Source: Candidatus Kapaibacterium sp. (GTDB taxonomy: Bacteria; Bacteroidota; Ignavibacteria; Kapaibacteriales; JAEUSM01). Taken from it: a stretch of 64,000 nt of DNA. The stretch covers positions 45,253-109,252 of the forward strand of contig JAEUSM010000015.1 in the NCBI GenBank assembly GCA_016788785.1, in the 5' to 3' direction. Under the pieces are notes generated by a model. That model saw only the letters and a list, made by a program, of their open reading frames with translations, ran no database searches and was not told the DNA's origin. Shown in pieces: positions 10,399-20,800 of the stretch (the stretch's first letter is position 1; each line of letters opens with the position of its first letter). A program made the translations under genes and the position numbers.

Positions 10399-11589
10399 TT
10401 AATTTGTTAGTTGAATGAATGACCCACTATCTGGAAATTGATCCTTATAGTTTTTAAGATTTTGTAAGTTGATTGTACCTGTAATATATCCATGTTCTTG
10501 GTTTTTGTATATTTCATCAATTGAATGAAAATACGGTAAAACCTCCTCTGATTCTTTTGAAGAATGTCGAAACATGACATCAATCACACAATCAGTATCT
10601 AATTCTAGATTTTCATTCTGAAGAATTTTTTTGTACTCATACTGATAGTTATAACTCAAAGCTGACAAATCGGAAAGTACTGCTGAAGCTGTTGGATGTG
10701 CACCAGCTCCTTTCCCAAGAAAGAACTGTGTATCCGCAAAACTTGTTTTGGTTATAATTCCGTTATATGCATCCTTGACAGAATACAAATTCGACTCAGC
10801 CCGAACAAATTTGGGTAATACATAACATGCAACCTTTCCCTCAGAAGTTTTGTAGGCATTTGCAACCAATTTAATTTTATACCCTTTTTCTTTAGCATAT
10901 TGAATTTCCAAATCTCCAATTAGGTTGATACCGATATTAAATATATCTGTGGGTTTGACCAAAATACCAAATGCATGAGCAATGAGAATGAGTAATTTGA
11001 ATTTTGCATCATATCCTTCAGTGTCTAAGCTTGGGTTAGATTCTGCATATCCTAACGATTGAGCTAATTGCAGAGCTTCTGAATACGTTAGATTATCTGA
11101 ATCAGTTTTTGTTAGTATGTAATTGGTTGAGCCATTGACAATTCCTTCTATAGATTCTAACAAATCATTATCATAATATTCCTCCAAATTTCTAATAATT
11201 GGTATTGATGCACAACAAGCTGCTTCATATAATAGTGGAACTTCATTGATTCTTTGTAATTCCAATAATGCTTGAAAATTCTCTGCTATCATCTTTTTAT
11301 TTGCACTAACAACTGCTTTTTTATTATTGAGAGCTTGAGAAACTATTTCGAACGCAGCCTCTGAATCATCAATAAGTTCTATTACGACATTTATTTCTGG
11401 ATCATTGAGAATATCATCTTTTTCAAATGTATACATAGAATCATCAAGACTTCGTCGTTTATTCCTATCTTTGACACATATTTTTTTGATAGTGGTTTTA
11501 AATCCAGGAGTTTTTTCTAAAACTTCATAGAGGCCTTGTCCCACACATCCAAAACCAAATACTCCAACTACTAATTCTTTTTTCTTCAT
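10399..11589 (-). CDS. hom: Homoserine dehydrogenase
   Basis: N-terminal Rossmann motif VGVFGFGCVGQG, length and overall composition typical of Hom. Its ATG overlaps the upstream stop. Confidence 0.85.
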   Translation of the reverse strand: MKKKELVVGVFGFGCVGQGLYEVLEKTPGFKTTIKKICVKDRNKRRSLDDSMYTFEKDDILNDPEINVVIELIDDSEAAFEIVSQALNNKKAVVSANKKMIAENFQALLELQRINEVPLLYEAACCASIPIIRNLEEYYDNDLLESIEGIVNGSTNYILTKTDSDNLTYSEALQLAQSLGYAESNPSLDTEGYDAKFKLLILIAHAFGILVKPTDIFNIGINLIGDLEIQYAKEKGYKIKLVANAYKTSEGKVACYVLPKFVRAESNLYSVKDAYNGIITKTSFADTQFFLGKGAGAHPTASAVLSDLSALSYNYQYEYKKILQNENLELDTDCVIDVMFRHSSKESEEVLPYFHSIDEIYKNQEHGYITGTINLQNLKNYKDQFPDSGSFIQLTN

Positions 11590-12767
11590 TAGTTTAGACC
11601 TACAGTAGAAGTCGATATTTTGATAGTTGCAAGTCCTAATGCAAAATCTAAATCATTTAATAAATCATCAACTTCTTCTAATCCAACCGACAAACGTATT
11701 AGACTATCGGTAACCCCAGAGCTATAGCGTTTTTCCGTTGGGATTGATTTGTGTGTCATTTCAGAAGGTAAACAGCATAAACTTTTGATTCCACCTAAAC
11801 TCTCAGCTAATTTGAAAAGTTTTGTTGACTGCAGAATTGCAGAAGCCAGTTCTTTAGAATCATCATGCAAATCAAAAGAAACAATTCCACCAAAATATCG
11901 CTGTTGTTTTTTCGCAACTTCATAATTGTAATGAGTTTCTAACCCAGGATAATATACATTTTTGACCAAAGGGTGATTTTGAAGATATTTTGCTATTGCC
12001 AATGCACTTTCGGAGTGTTGTTTGATTCGCAATGGAAGTGTTTCGATTCCGCGAATAGTCAAAAATGAATCAAATGGAGATAATATTCCACCTGAAGCAT
12101 TTTGAATGAATTTTATTTTTTCGCCTAATTCTTTTGTAGCAGTAACGACCAATCCAGCGATCAGATCACTATGGCCACCAAGATATTTCGTCGCAGAATT
12201 TATAACTATATCTACACCTAATTCTATAGGAACTTGTGAAGATGCAGAGGCAAATGTATTATCAACCGCCAAAAGAATATTGTATTCTTTGGCGATAGTC
12301 GCTATTGCTTCGATATCAGATACTTTTAATGTAGGATTTGTTGGAGATTCTAACCAAATCAATTTAGTTTTTGGAGTTATTTTTTTTCGTACATTTTCAG
12401 CATTTGTAGTGTCAATGTAGTTGAAGGTAATTCCAAACTTCTCATAAACATGGGTAAACAATCTGTATGCTCCACCATAAATATCATCGACAGCTATAAC
12501 TTCATCCCCAGATTGAAGTAATTTAATAACAGCATCTATTGCAGCAAGTCCACTTGCAAAGGCAAATCCCGCAGCACCACTTTCAAGATTTGCTATGATG
12601 TCTTCTAACACTGCTCTAGTTGGATTGTTACTACGAGCATAATCATACCCTTTGTGGATACCGGGTGCTTCCTGAACAAAGGTTGAAGTTTGATAAATAG
12701 GAACGGAAATAGAACCAGTTAATGGATCAACAGGAATGGATTGGAGGATTTGAGTTTGAGTTTTCAT
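11589..12767 (-). CDS. PLP-dependent trans-sulfuration enzyme (cystathionine gamma-synthase / beta-lyase family, MetB/MetC-like)
   Basis: YDYARSNNPT motif and the PLP-lysine context SATKYLGGHSDLIAG, 392 aa. It is the first gene downstream of a SAM-I riboswitch. Confidence 0.8.
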   Translation of the reverse strand: MKTQTQILQSIPVDPLTGSISVPIYQTSTFVQEAPGIHKGYDYARSNNPTRAVLEDIIANLESGAAGFAFASGLAAIDAVIKLLQSGDEVIAVDDIYGGAYRLFTHVYEKFGITFNYIDTTNAENVRKKITPKTKLIWLESPTNPTLKVSDIEAIATIAKEYNILLAVDNTFASASSQVPIELGVDIVINSATKYLGGHSDLIAGLVVTATKELGEKIKFIQNASGGILSPFDSFLTIRGIETLPLRIKQHSESALAIAKYLQNHPLVKNVYYPGLETHYNYEVAKKQQRYFGGIVSFDLHDDSKELASAILQSTKLFKLAESLGGIKSLCCLPSEMTHKSIPTEKRYSSGVTDSLIRLSVGLEEVDDLLNDLDFALGLATIKISTSTVGLN

Positions 12768-12825
12768 TTTCTCTAAAAACTATAATTAAACAAAAATGTT
12801 CAAAAACAATCTAATAAAGAAATGA

Positions 12826-12862
12826 CCTTCGGGGCAAAAAAAAAGCCCTTCTGGCAGTTGTC
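12826..12862 (-). terminator. Riboswitch expression-platform intrinsic terminator
   Basis: Minus-strand AGCCCCUCUGACAACUGCCAGAAGGGC followed by U9. It lies 58 nt upstream of the metB-like ATG. Confidence 0.7.
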
Positions 12863-13016
12863 AGAGGGGCTAAATATTTTGAGTGTAATATAATGCTATC
12901 ATCTAACTTATCTGCCTTTGCGTTTGCAAAGTTGAAATTGGCACCTTGCAACAAATTGCTTTGTTGTAGGTTGTCAAGACGTCATAGGGTCAAATCCCTC
13001 AGTCTTTCTTGATAAG
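12863..13016 (-). promoter_or_regulatory. SAM-I (S-box) riboswitch aptamer
   Basis: Minus-strand RNA reads UCUUAUCAAGAAAGACUGAGGGAUUUGACCCUAUGAC...CAACC...AAGGUGCCAAUU...CUUUGCAAACGCAAAG...AGAUAAGU. This matches the SAM-I consensus: P1 UCUUAUC/GAUAAG, the GAGGGA...CCC.AUGA kink-turn P2, the GGUGCCAAUU junction and the P4 hairpin. Confidence 0.8.
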
Positions 13017-13136
13017 ATGTGTTTTTCAATGAACTGTTACAAAACTACTACTTTTTTGACAATTATGCAAATATTTTCTCAAAATAGTTTTGAAATTTGA
13101 AAAAAAGCCTTATTTTTGATGAGAAATTAAAAATAA

Positions 13137-13173
13137 TTGGGATTTTTTCCAATCTCAATTGTTATTACTATAA
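13137..13173 (+). promoter_or_regulatory. Conserved upstream element (copy 1) preceding T9SS-cargo paralog 1
   Basis: ttgggattttttccaatctcaattgttattactataa. An almost identical 37-mer recurs at 17716..17752 upstream of paralog 2. Both copies sit 48-69 nt upstream of the ATG and are preceded by a ttgaaaaaaag box. Confidence 0.5.
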
Positions 13174-13232
13174 GCTTTGGTATTTACTACCCTAGCAAAA
13201 TAAAGAAAGTTTAAATTTTTTATAAAAGGAGC

Positions 13233-16200
13233 ATGAATATGTTCAAATTCTTTACAACTATAATTACAACCATTGTAATTGTATTTACTGTATTAACATC
13301 CTCTGTAGTTGCACAAACAGTACCCGTAGATGTTAAAAAACTTCCGACCTACTTAAATTCAACAAATGCAGGTACGGAGTTTTATATTTCAGTACCACCG
13401 GCGTATGCAACATTTCTATTGCCTACAGACGGTTGGTCATTATACATTGCGTGTGGAACTAAAACGCAAGTTACCGTAGAAAATGAAGCTGCGGGTACAA
13501 AACGCCAATTTCAAACCAAACCGAATGATTGTATTCGTGTTGTTTTGAGTGGTAATGAAGCACAAGCGTATGTAAACTCAACTGGTGGTCCCAATGGTCA
13601 CCCACCTGAACAAATCTACACAGGTGCAGGACTTCGTATTACCTCCAAAGCACCTATTGTTGTGTATTTAAGTGTTAAAATTGCTTACACTTCAGATGCA
13701 CTTTTAGCTATTCCTACGTCTGGTTGGGGTCGTGAGTATGTAGTAAACACCTATCAAGCACACAATTGGACAATGCCTGGCTCTAATCTTGCATCTATGT
13801 GTACTATTATGGCAGCCTACGACCAAACAAGAGTATTCTTTACCTTAGTTGGAAACGGTATTACTCAAACAATGGGTGGTATGAGAATTGGTCAAACCAA
13901 ACAGTTTTTGATGAACAAAGGTGATGTAGTAGCAATTGCATCATCAGTCATAGTTGGTTCAACCTTAGCTGGTTCACGAATCGTAGCATCTAAACCTGTC
14001 GGAGTTATTTCCGGTGTTCAGTGTGCTGACGTACCGTCTGATAGACCGTGGTGTGATCATATTCTTGAAATGGAGTTGCCTGTCAATACATGGGGTACTA
14101 CCTATCACATGACAAGAAATTTTAATAGGAATGCGGGTCCGTTCTTCCAATTGTTCGCGAAAGAACCAAATACAAATGTCTTTGTCAATGGTGCAAATAT
14201 TGCGTATTTAGGAACAAAACCTCAAACAACTGTAGCAGATTGGGGTGAATACAACCAATATGGTACCAATTGGTTTGGAGCGAATGGTAACTTTGTTGTT
14301 AGTGCGGATAAACCAATTTCTTTGACGATGTTCAATCAGGGTCAATCACTTGATAATGTTGTCAATGACCCTTATCAGATTGTATATTCTCCAATGGAGC
14401 AATACCAAAAACAAGTTATCTTTTCTACTCCAGGTGTTGGTGATGGTGCAGGGTTTTCTCAAAACTATGTGAACGTCGTCTATTCTTTAACTGAAAACAC
14501 CAATACAATGCCTGACCATTTAGAATGGGGTGAAAGAGAAGGTAATGAAATTAAATGGATGAAGTTCAAAGATAAATGGGGGTCTGGAGCTTCTCAAGTC
14601 TACCCTGGTTTACAAGACGGTAAAAAATGGGCTGTAAAAAACATTTCTTTACCTGGTGATGGTGTATATCACATCCGTTGTCAAGAAAAATTTGCTTGTT
14701 ATTCCTATGGTATGTCAAGTTATGACTCTTACGGTTTCCCAACTTCAGTTGCATTATTTGATCTTTCAAGTCCAGATACGGTAAATCCTGACCCTCGTTG
14801 GTTACAATTGTGTAATGGAGATGTCGTTGGACCGCAAAATAATGGTGATCCAGCAACTGTCACAGATTACCCAGATGATATTGACATACGTTCAAATCTT
14901 GCATTTATCTGGAAAGATGAGAGTAATTCATTCAATTATGAATTTGAATATAAAGAATTCGTACCAGGTGAAGATAGAAGCACTACATGGTCAGCATATG
15001 TACCAGACAAATCAAAAGATGGTCGTTTAGTATTAAACTTCGTAGACCGTCGTGGAAATGACACAGTTATACAAATTATCTATACCTCTCCTGGAACAGA
15101 ATTACGTCCAACCCTCTTGGACTTTGGTTTCTTAAAAACAGGTCAAAGCAACACAATGCGATTCCACATTGTGAATACGTCCACTGGACCAAAAACAGTA
15201 AACCGCGTAGAAATGAAAGAAGGCGGACAAGGCTTTACCTTTGTCAATCTGCAATTACCGGTAACAATTCCAGCTGGAGATAGTGTTGGCGTTGATGTGA
15301 TATTCAATGCAACAGTAGATGGGCAATTCAAAGACAGTGTCGGGTTTGACATCTGTGATGAGATGGTTTACTTTACCGAACTTCGTGCAGGAGTGGGCAA
15401 TCCACAAATACTTGCAGGTATAACACCGGATTTACCATGTGATGCACAATTCAATCAGGTCACCGTGAATGAATCAACAACACGACCTGTAAGAATCAGT
15501 AATCCTGGAAATTATCCGTTGACAATAACTGGTGCAACCGGTCCAACAAATCCAGCATTTACAACAAATCTTGGAACCGGAGAGTTTACGTATCCATTCG
15601 TCATCAATCCAAATGAGTCGAAAAACTTTATTGTAACATTTACTCCGACATCTACAATCAATTACACTGATCAAATCGTGTTCCAAGCAGATGCAAGCAC
15701 ACCAGACCCAGTAGCAACGCTATGCGGAGTAGGAATCCAAGCGTCGTTGACAGTAACAGGATTTGATTGGGGAGAACGCCGAATTGACAGACCGTCTGCA
15801 CCACGCAACTATGATAAAAACAGTTTCATTGTGTTAGAAAATAAAGGAACACAAGGAGTAGTGGTATCGCAATTAACTAGTGGAGATGCAAACTTTACGG
15901 TGAATCCAACAAGTCATCCACAATATCGTGCGTATCCAATAGCAGTTGGGGCAGGACAGCAGGTAACAGTGCCAGTGGCATTCTCACCAAAAGCAATCGG
16001 TCCACATACCTATACAGTAACAGCAACATCAGATATTGGCGACCGGTCAGCACAATTGGATGGAATTGGTGTCGTACCAAGAGTTACGATTACCTCACCA
16101 GTTGATTTTGGAGGTACAGTCGTAGCACAAGACCCATCAACCTTTGTGACACAACCAGTGACGATCACTAATACGACATTCCAATATGATGATACCTTAA

Positions 16201-17546
16201 CAATAACAGATTTGGTACCAACTGTAGCAGGAAGTGTCCAAGAAGTAATAACAAGTCCAACGGATTGGGTGACAACAACACAAGGCTTCCGCTATGACAA
16301 AAATCAATTGTTCGCCACTCCAATAGTGTTATTGCCAGGTGAATCTCGCACATTTACAGCAGAATTCTACAGTGCAACACCAGGAGCAAAACAAGCGAAT
16401 TTGACAACAGTATCGGATGGTGAAACCGAAGCAATCAGTATCTGGTTAGGTCAAGTAACACAAACCTTAACATCAGATATCGCATTAACAGGAGCGTCAG
16501 TAGGTCCTATCTGTATCAACAGCAATGGAACTATGCAAGCGACAATTCGTTCGACAGGTCAATCACCATTGAATATCACGAACATCCGCTTGGCAACTAA
16601 TCCTGGTAATCAGTTTACGATAACAACACCATTGCCATATCCAATCATAGTTCAACCGCAAGGAACATTTACGGTCGACATAGCGTATGCACCAACAACA
16701 GTAGGAACACACGTAGCAACATTGGAAGTAACAAGTGATGCAGTAACAACACCAGTAGCTAGTGAAACAGTAACTGGAATAGCACAAAGTTTTGCAAGAA
16801 ACTTTACTGTGAGTGGTCCAACTTCGCCGGTGGAGATTGGAAGTAGTCAAAATGCTTCAATTCGCTTAGATGCAGGTGCAGATATATCCTTGGCAGATGT
16901 GAAAGAAGTGCAATTCACCTTAAATTTTCATGATGGAAGTGGAGCACGAATCTTAAACACGACTGAAGGAGGCATTGTCATCAATCCAGCATTAGCATCA
17001 CAAGGTTGGTTACTTGATAATAAATCGGTACAAGCAGCAGATGGAATTGCAAGATTTACATTACGCTCAACTGGAGCAGCCTCATTGAACAGTGTTGCTG
17101 GAACAGAAGTAGCGACAGTTCAATTCTTAACAACATTGGACAGAGCGGTACAAAAAGTTGACTTGCGACTTGGAGCTGTAGCCGTAGGTAATACTTGTGT
17201 GAACTTAACCACAACAAATGGCGAGATCACATTAAATCCAACGTGTGCTTTGTCATACCGTGGGGTAATGGGAAGTGGTGTAAACTTTGCCTTAGGGAAT
17301 GTGAATCCTAATCCAGTATCAACCGGAACAGCTACAATCGACTTTAGTGTAGCCTATACAGCACCGACTGAAATTGTGATCTACAATACACAAGGGCAAG
17401 TAGTCACAAGAGCAGTACGTCAAACATTACAGCCGGGTCATTACACCGTATCGATTCCAGTAGATGCATTATCAAATGGAGCGTATTACTACAAAATGAC
17501 ATCAGGAGCATACACAGAAACGAAAGAGTTGATTATCAGCAAATAA
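13233..17546 (+). CDS. Giant secreted T9SS cargo protein, paralog 1 (1437 aa): IgGFc-binding-like N-terminal module, Ig-like repeats, cohesin-like module, T9SS type-A C-terminal domain
   Basis: Signal peptide. N-terminal module NAGTEFYISVP...AIPTSGWGREYVV...SGVQCADVPSDRPWCDHILEMELPVNTWGTTYHM (CDHL..E..P...WG motif). Repeated beta-sandwich units LLDFGFLKTGQSNTMRFHIVNTS...VDVIFNATVDGQFKDSVGFD. C-terminal sorting domain ...IDFSVAYTAPTEIVIYNTQGQVV...SNGAYYYKMTSGAYTETKELIISK. Confidence 0.75.
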   Translation: MNMFKFFTTIITTIVIVFTVLTSSVVAQTVPVDVKKLPTYLNSTNAGTEFYISVPPAYATFLLPTDGWSLYIACGTKTQVTVENEAAGTKRQFQTKPNDCIRVVLSGNEAQAYVNSTGGPNGHPPEQIYTGAGLRITSKAPIVVYLSVKIAYTSDALLAIPTSGWGREYVVNTYQAHNWTMPGSNLASMCTIMAAYDQTRVFFTLVGNGITQTMGGMRIGQTKQFLMNKGDVVAIASSVIVGSTLAGSRIVASKPVGVISGVQCADVPSDRPWCDHILEMELPVNTWGTTYHMTRNFNRNAGPFFQLFAKEPNTNVFVNGANIAYLGTKPQTTVADWGEYNQYGTNWFGANGNFVVSADKPISLTMFNQGQSLDNVVNDPYQIVYSPMEQYQKQVIFSTPGVGDGAGFSQNYVNVVYSLTENTNTMPDHLEWGEREGNEIKWMKFKDKWGSGASQVYPGLQDGKKWAVKNISLPGDGVYHIRCQEKFACYSYGMSSYDSYGFPTSVALFDLSSPDTVNPDPRWLQLCNGDVVGPQNNGDPATVTDYPDDIDIRSNLAFIWKDESNSFNYEFEYKEFVPGEDRSTTWSAYVPDKSKDGRLVLNFVDRRGNDTVIQIIYTSPGTELRPTLLDFGFLKTGQSNTMRFHIVNTSTGPKTVNRVEMKEGGQGFTFVNLQLPVTIPAGDSVGVDVIFNATVDGQFKDSVGFDICDEMVYFTELRAGVGNPQILAGITPDLPCDAQFNQVTVNESTTRPVRISNPGNYPLTITGATGPTNPAFTTNLGTGEFTYPFVINPNESKNFIVTFTPTSTINYTDQIVFQADASTPDPVATLCGVGIQASLTVTGFDWGERRIDRPSAPRNYDKNSFIVLENKGTQGVVVSQLTSGDANFTVNPTSHPQYRAYPIAVGAGQQVTVPVAFSPKAIGPHTYTVTATSDIGDRSAQLDGIGVVPRVTITSPVDFGGTVVAQDPSTFVTQPVTITNTTFQYDDTLTITDLVPTVAGSVQEVITSPTDWVTTTQGFRYDKNQLFATPIVLLPGESRTFTAEFYSATPGAKQANLTTVSDGETEAISIWLGQVTQTLTSDIALTGASVGPICINSNGTMQATIRSTGQSPLNITNIRLATNPGNQFTITTPLPYPIIVQPQGTFTVDIAYAPTTVGTHVATLEVTSDAVTTPVASETVTGIAQSFARNFTVSGPTSPVEIGSSQNASIRLDAGADISLADVKEVQFTLNFHDGSGARILNTTEGGIVINPALASQGWLLDNKSVQAADGIARFTLRSTGAASLNSVAGTEVATVQFLTTLDRAVQKVDLRLGAVAVGNTCVNLTTTNGEITLNPTCALSYRGVMGSGVNFALGNVNPNPVSTGTATIDFSVAYTAPTEIVIYNTQGQVVTRAVRQTLQPGHYTVSIPVDALSNGAYYYKMTSGAYTETKELIISK

Positions 17547-17567
17547 TTCGTTTATAACCACAAAAAA

Positions 17568-17605
17568 GAAAGCTACTCCATTCATTTGGAGTAGCTTTTT
17601 TTTTC
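17568..17605 (+). terminator. Intrinsic terminator after paralog 1
   Basis: AGCTACTCCA-ttcatt-TGGAGTAGCT followed by T9. Confidence 0.75.
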
Positions 17606-17680
17606 ACAATTTAAAGGCAAAATCCCACTAAATTCAAAGAAAATGTACCAAAATGAGCAAAAAAAGGTGCTTTTTAGCAG

Positions 17681-17720
17681 AAAATTGAAAAAAAGTTGAG
17701 AAAATTGAAAAAAAGTTGGG
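17681..17720 (+). repeat. 20-bp tandem direct repeat
   Basis: aaaattgaaaaaaagttgag / aaaattgaaaaaaagttggg, immediately 5' of conserved element copy 2. Only one copy of the ttgaaaaaaag box is present upstream of paralog 1. Confidence 0.6.
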
Positions 17721-17752
17721 ATTTTTTCGATTTTCAATTGTTATTACTATAA
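17716..17752 (+). promoter_or_regulatory. Conserved upstream element (copy 2) preceding T9SS-cargo paralog 2
   Basis: ttgggattttttcgattttcaattgttattactataa, which is 33/37 identical to 13137..13173. Confidence 0.5.
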
Positions 17753-17820
17753 ATGAAGACTTTTCTTACAACGTTTATGTAAGAATAATTTATAAAATCA
17801 AACTTATTTAAGGGCATTTT

Positions 17821-20800
17821 ATGTTCAAATTAATTAACAGATTGATTACCTTAGTTGTAATCTTCACCGCGTTGATGTTTACTTCGCTTCAAGCACAAAC
17901 AGGCAAAGTAGATATCAAAAAAATTCCGACCTACCTAAATTCAACCAATGCTGGAACGGAATTTTACCTCACGAGTATTCCTGCCTTAGTTGAGGGTTGG
18001 AGACCTACTGATGGATGGTATCTCTACATTGCTTGTGGAACTAAAACACAAGTAACTGTTGAAAATGAACGTGCTGGAACAAAAAGACAGTTTCAAACAA
18101 AACCTAATGATGTCATTAGAGTAAGTTTTGCTGCTAATGAGGCACAACCGTATGTAGCATTAGGTGGTGGTGCAGCTTTACACCCAATTGAGCAGGTCTA
18201 TGCTGGTCAAGGGATTAGAGTTACTTCAAAAGCACCAATTGTGTGTTACTTTGTGACAAAAATTGCTTTTACTTCTGATGGGTATTTAGCAATTCCTACC
18301 TCAGGTTGGGGTAAAGAGTACAATGTCAGTACGTATCAAGCACACAACTGGTCTATGGCGTTTAGTCCACCATACAACTTAGCATCAATGACTTGTATTA
18401 TGGCAGCATATGATAATACAAGAGTATTTTTCACCTTAGTTGGTAATGGAATTACTCAAACTGTTGGTGGACAAAGAATTGGTCAAACTCGCCAATTTCA
18501 AATGAATAAAGGTGATGTTCTTCCAATTGCTTCTTCACTTATTGTTGGTTCAACATTAGCTGGTTCTCGTATCGTAGCAACAAAACCAGTTGGTGTACTT
18601 TCAGGAGTTCAATGTGCTGACGTACCTTCAGATATTACTGCCTGCGATCACATTTGTGAAATGGAATTGCCTATGAATACTTGGGGTACTGAGTATCATA
18701 TGACAAGAAACTTTGGTAGACAACGTGGACCATTTTTCCAAGTGTTTGCTAAAGAACCAAATACAAATATTTATGTAAATGGTGCAAATGTTGGTTTTAT
18801 TGGTACAAAACCTCAAACAAATTCTCCAGATTGGATTGAATATAATACTCACGGTACAAATTGGCAAGGTGCTAATGGAAATTTTGTTATTTCTGGCGAT
18901 AAGCCTATTAACGTTACCATGTTTAACCAAGGGCAATCTTTGGATGGTATTCCTCAAGACCCTTATCAATTAGTTCTTTCTCCTTTACAACAATATCAAA
19001 AACAGATTATCTTTGCAACTCCTGGTGTTGGAGATGCAGCAGGTTTTTCTAGTAACTGGTTGAATTTGGTCTATACTCTTGATGCTAATAATCAAATGCC
19101 TGATCATTTGGAATGGGGTGAAAAAGAGGGTGATAATGTTAAATGGACTAAATTAAAAGATAGATTTGGTGGTGGAGCATCTGGTGTTTACCAAGGTACT
19201 CAAGATGGAAAAAAATGGGCAGTGAAAAATATCACTCTTCCTGGTGATGGTGTTTATCATGTGAGAGCAGAAACTCCTTTCATGGGGTATTCTTATGGTC
19301 TCTCAACGTTTGAATCATACGGTTTCCCAACATCAGTAGCACTTTTTGACCTTTCTATTCCTGATACGGTAAATCCTGATCCAAAATGGTTACAATTATG
19401 TAACGGTGATGTAGTTGCACAAAGTGGTACAGGACCGGCAACTGTTGTTGATATGCCAGATGAGGATGCTGTTCGTTCAAATCTTGCATTTATTTGGAAA
19501 GATGAAGCAAATTCATTTAACTATGAATTTGAATATGTTGATTTTGTACCAGGTGAAGACAGAAGAACAACTTGGACTGCATACGTTCCAGATAAATCTA
19601 AAGACGGTCGTTTGGTGTTAAACTTTGTAGACCGTCGTGGGAATGATACAGTGATTCAAATTACTTACACATCTCAAGGAACAGAATTACGTCCTTCTCT
19701 TTTAGACTTTGGCTTCCTAAAAACTGGTCAAAACAATACTATGCGTTTTCATATAGTTAATACTACTGTTGCACCAAAAACTGTCAATAGAATTGAAATG
19801 AAAACTGGTGGGCAAGGATTTACTTTCGTTAATCTTCAATTACCTGTAACGGTTCCAGCAAATGATAGTGTTGCCATTGATGTAATTTTCAATGCAACTG
19901 TTGATGGACAATTTAAAGATAGTGTTGGTTTTGACATATGTGATGAGATGGTGTATTTCACTGAACTTAGAGCTGGTGTTGGAAATCCTCAGATTTTAGC
20001 TGGACAAACTCCAAATCTTCCTTGCGATGCACAATTCAATCAAGTTACTGTCAACGAAGTTGCACAACGTGATATTCGTTTAAGTAATCCTGGAAACTTC
20101 CCATTAACTATTACTGGTGCTTCTGCTCCTACTAATTCAGTTTATACTACTAATTTGGGTACTGGTGCATTAGCATACCCTATTGTTATCAATCCTGGTG
20201 AGTTTGTAAACTTTACAGTTTTCTTTACACCTACATCAACTATCGCTTATACAGATTCAATTGTTTTCCAAGCTGACGCTAACACGCCAGATCCTGTAGC
20301 AACTATCTGTGGAGAAGGTATTCAAGCTTCATTAACTGTTACTGGTTACAATTGGGGTGAACGCCGTATTGATCGTCCAAATCGTCCGAAAAATTATTTT
20401 GGTACAATTGTTTTAGAAAATAAAGGTACTCAATCAGTTTCTGTCACAAATTTGACTACTGGTGATGTAAACTTTACTGTTAATCCAAATAATGCAATTC
20501 AATATCCAATAGTTGTTCAAGCGAATAGTACAAGAGATGTTCCAGTTGAATTTAGTCCAAAAACTGTAGGACCTCACACATATACTGTAACTGCATCTTC
20601 AAACATTGGTGATAGAACTTCTCAGTTAGAAGGTATCGGAGTGCTTCCTACTTTAACAATTACTCCAACTGTAGATTTTCTATCAGTTGAAGCTAGTAAC
20701 CCTACTACTGCAACTACAAGACCTGTAACAATTACTAATAACATCTATGCAACTGATGATACAGTAACAATTACGGATCTCATTCAATCGATTCCTGGGT

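Noticed and set aside
12106-12420. A plus-strand 104-aa ORF inside the metB-like gene.
   Set aside because: Antisense to a strongly supported PLP-enzyme CDS, so spurious.
14566-19621. Numerous short ORFs on both strands inside paralogs 1 and 2 (for example 14566..14856, 15474..15686 Cys-rich, 16563..16850 Cys/Tyr-rich, 18628..18969).
   Set aside because: They are alternative-frame or antisense products of Thr/Val/Gly-rich repetitive coding sequence. They have no signal peptides or motifs and are fully embedded in the giant CDSs.
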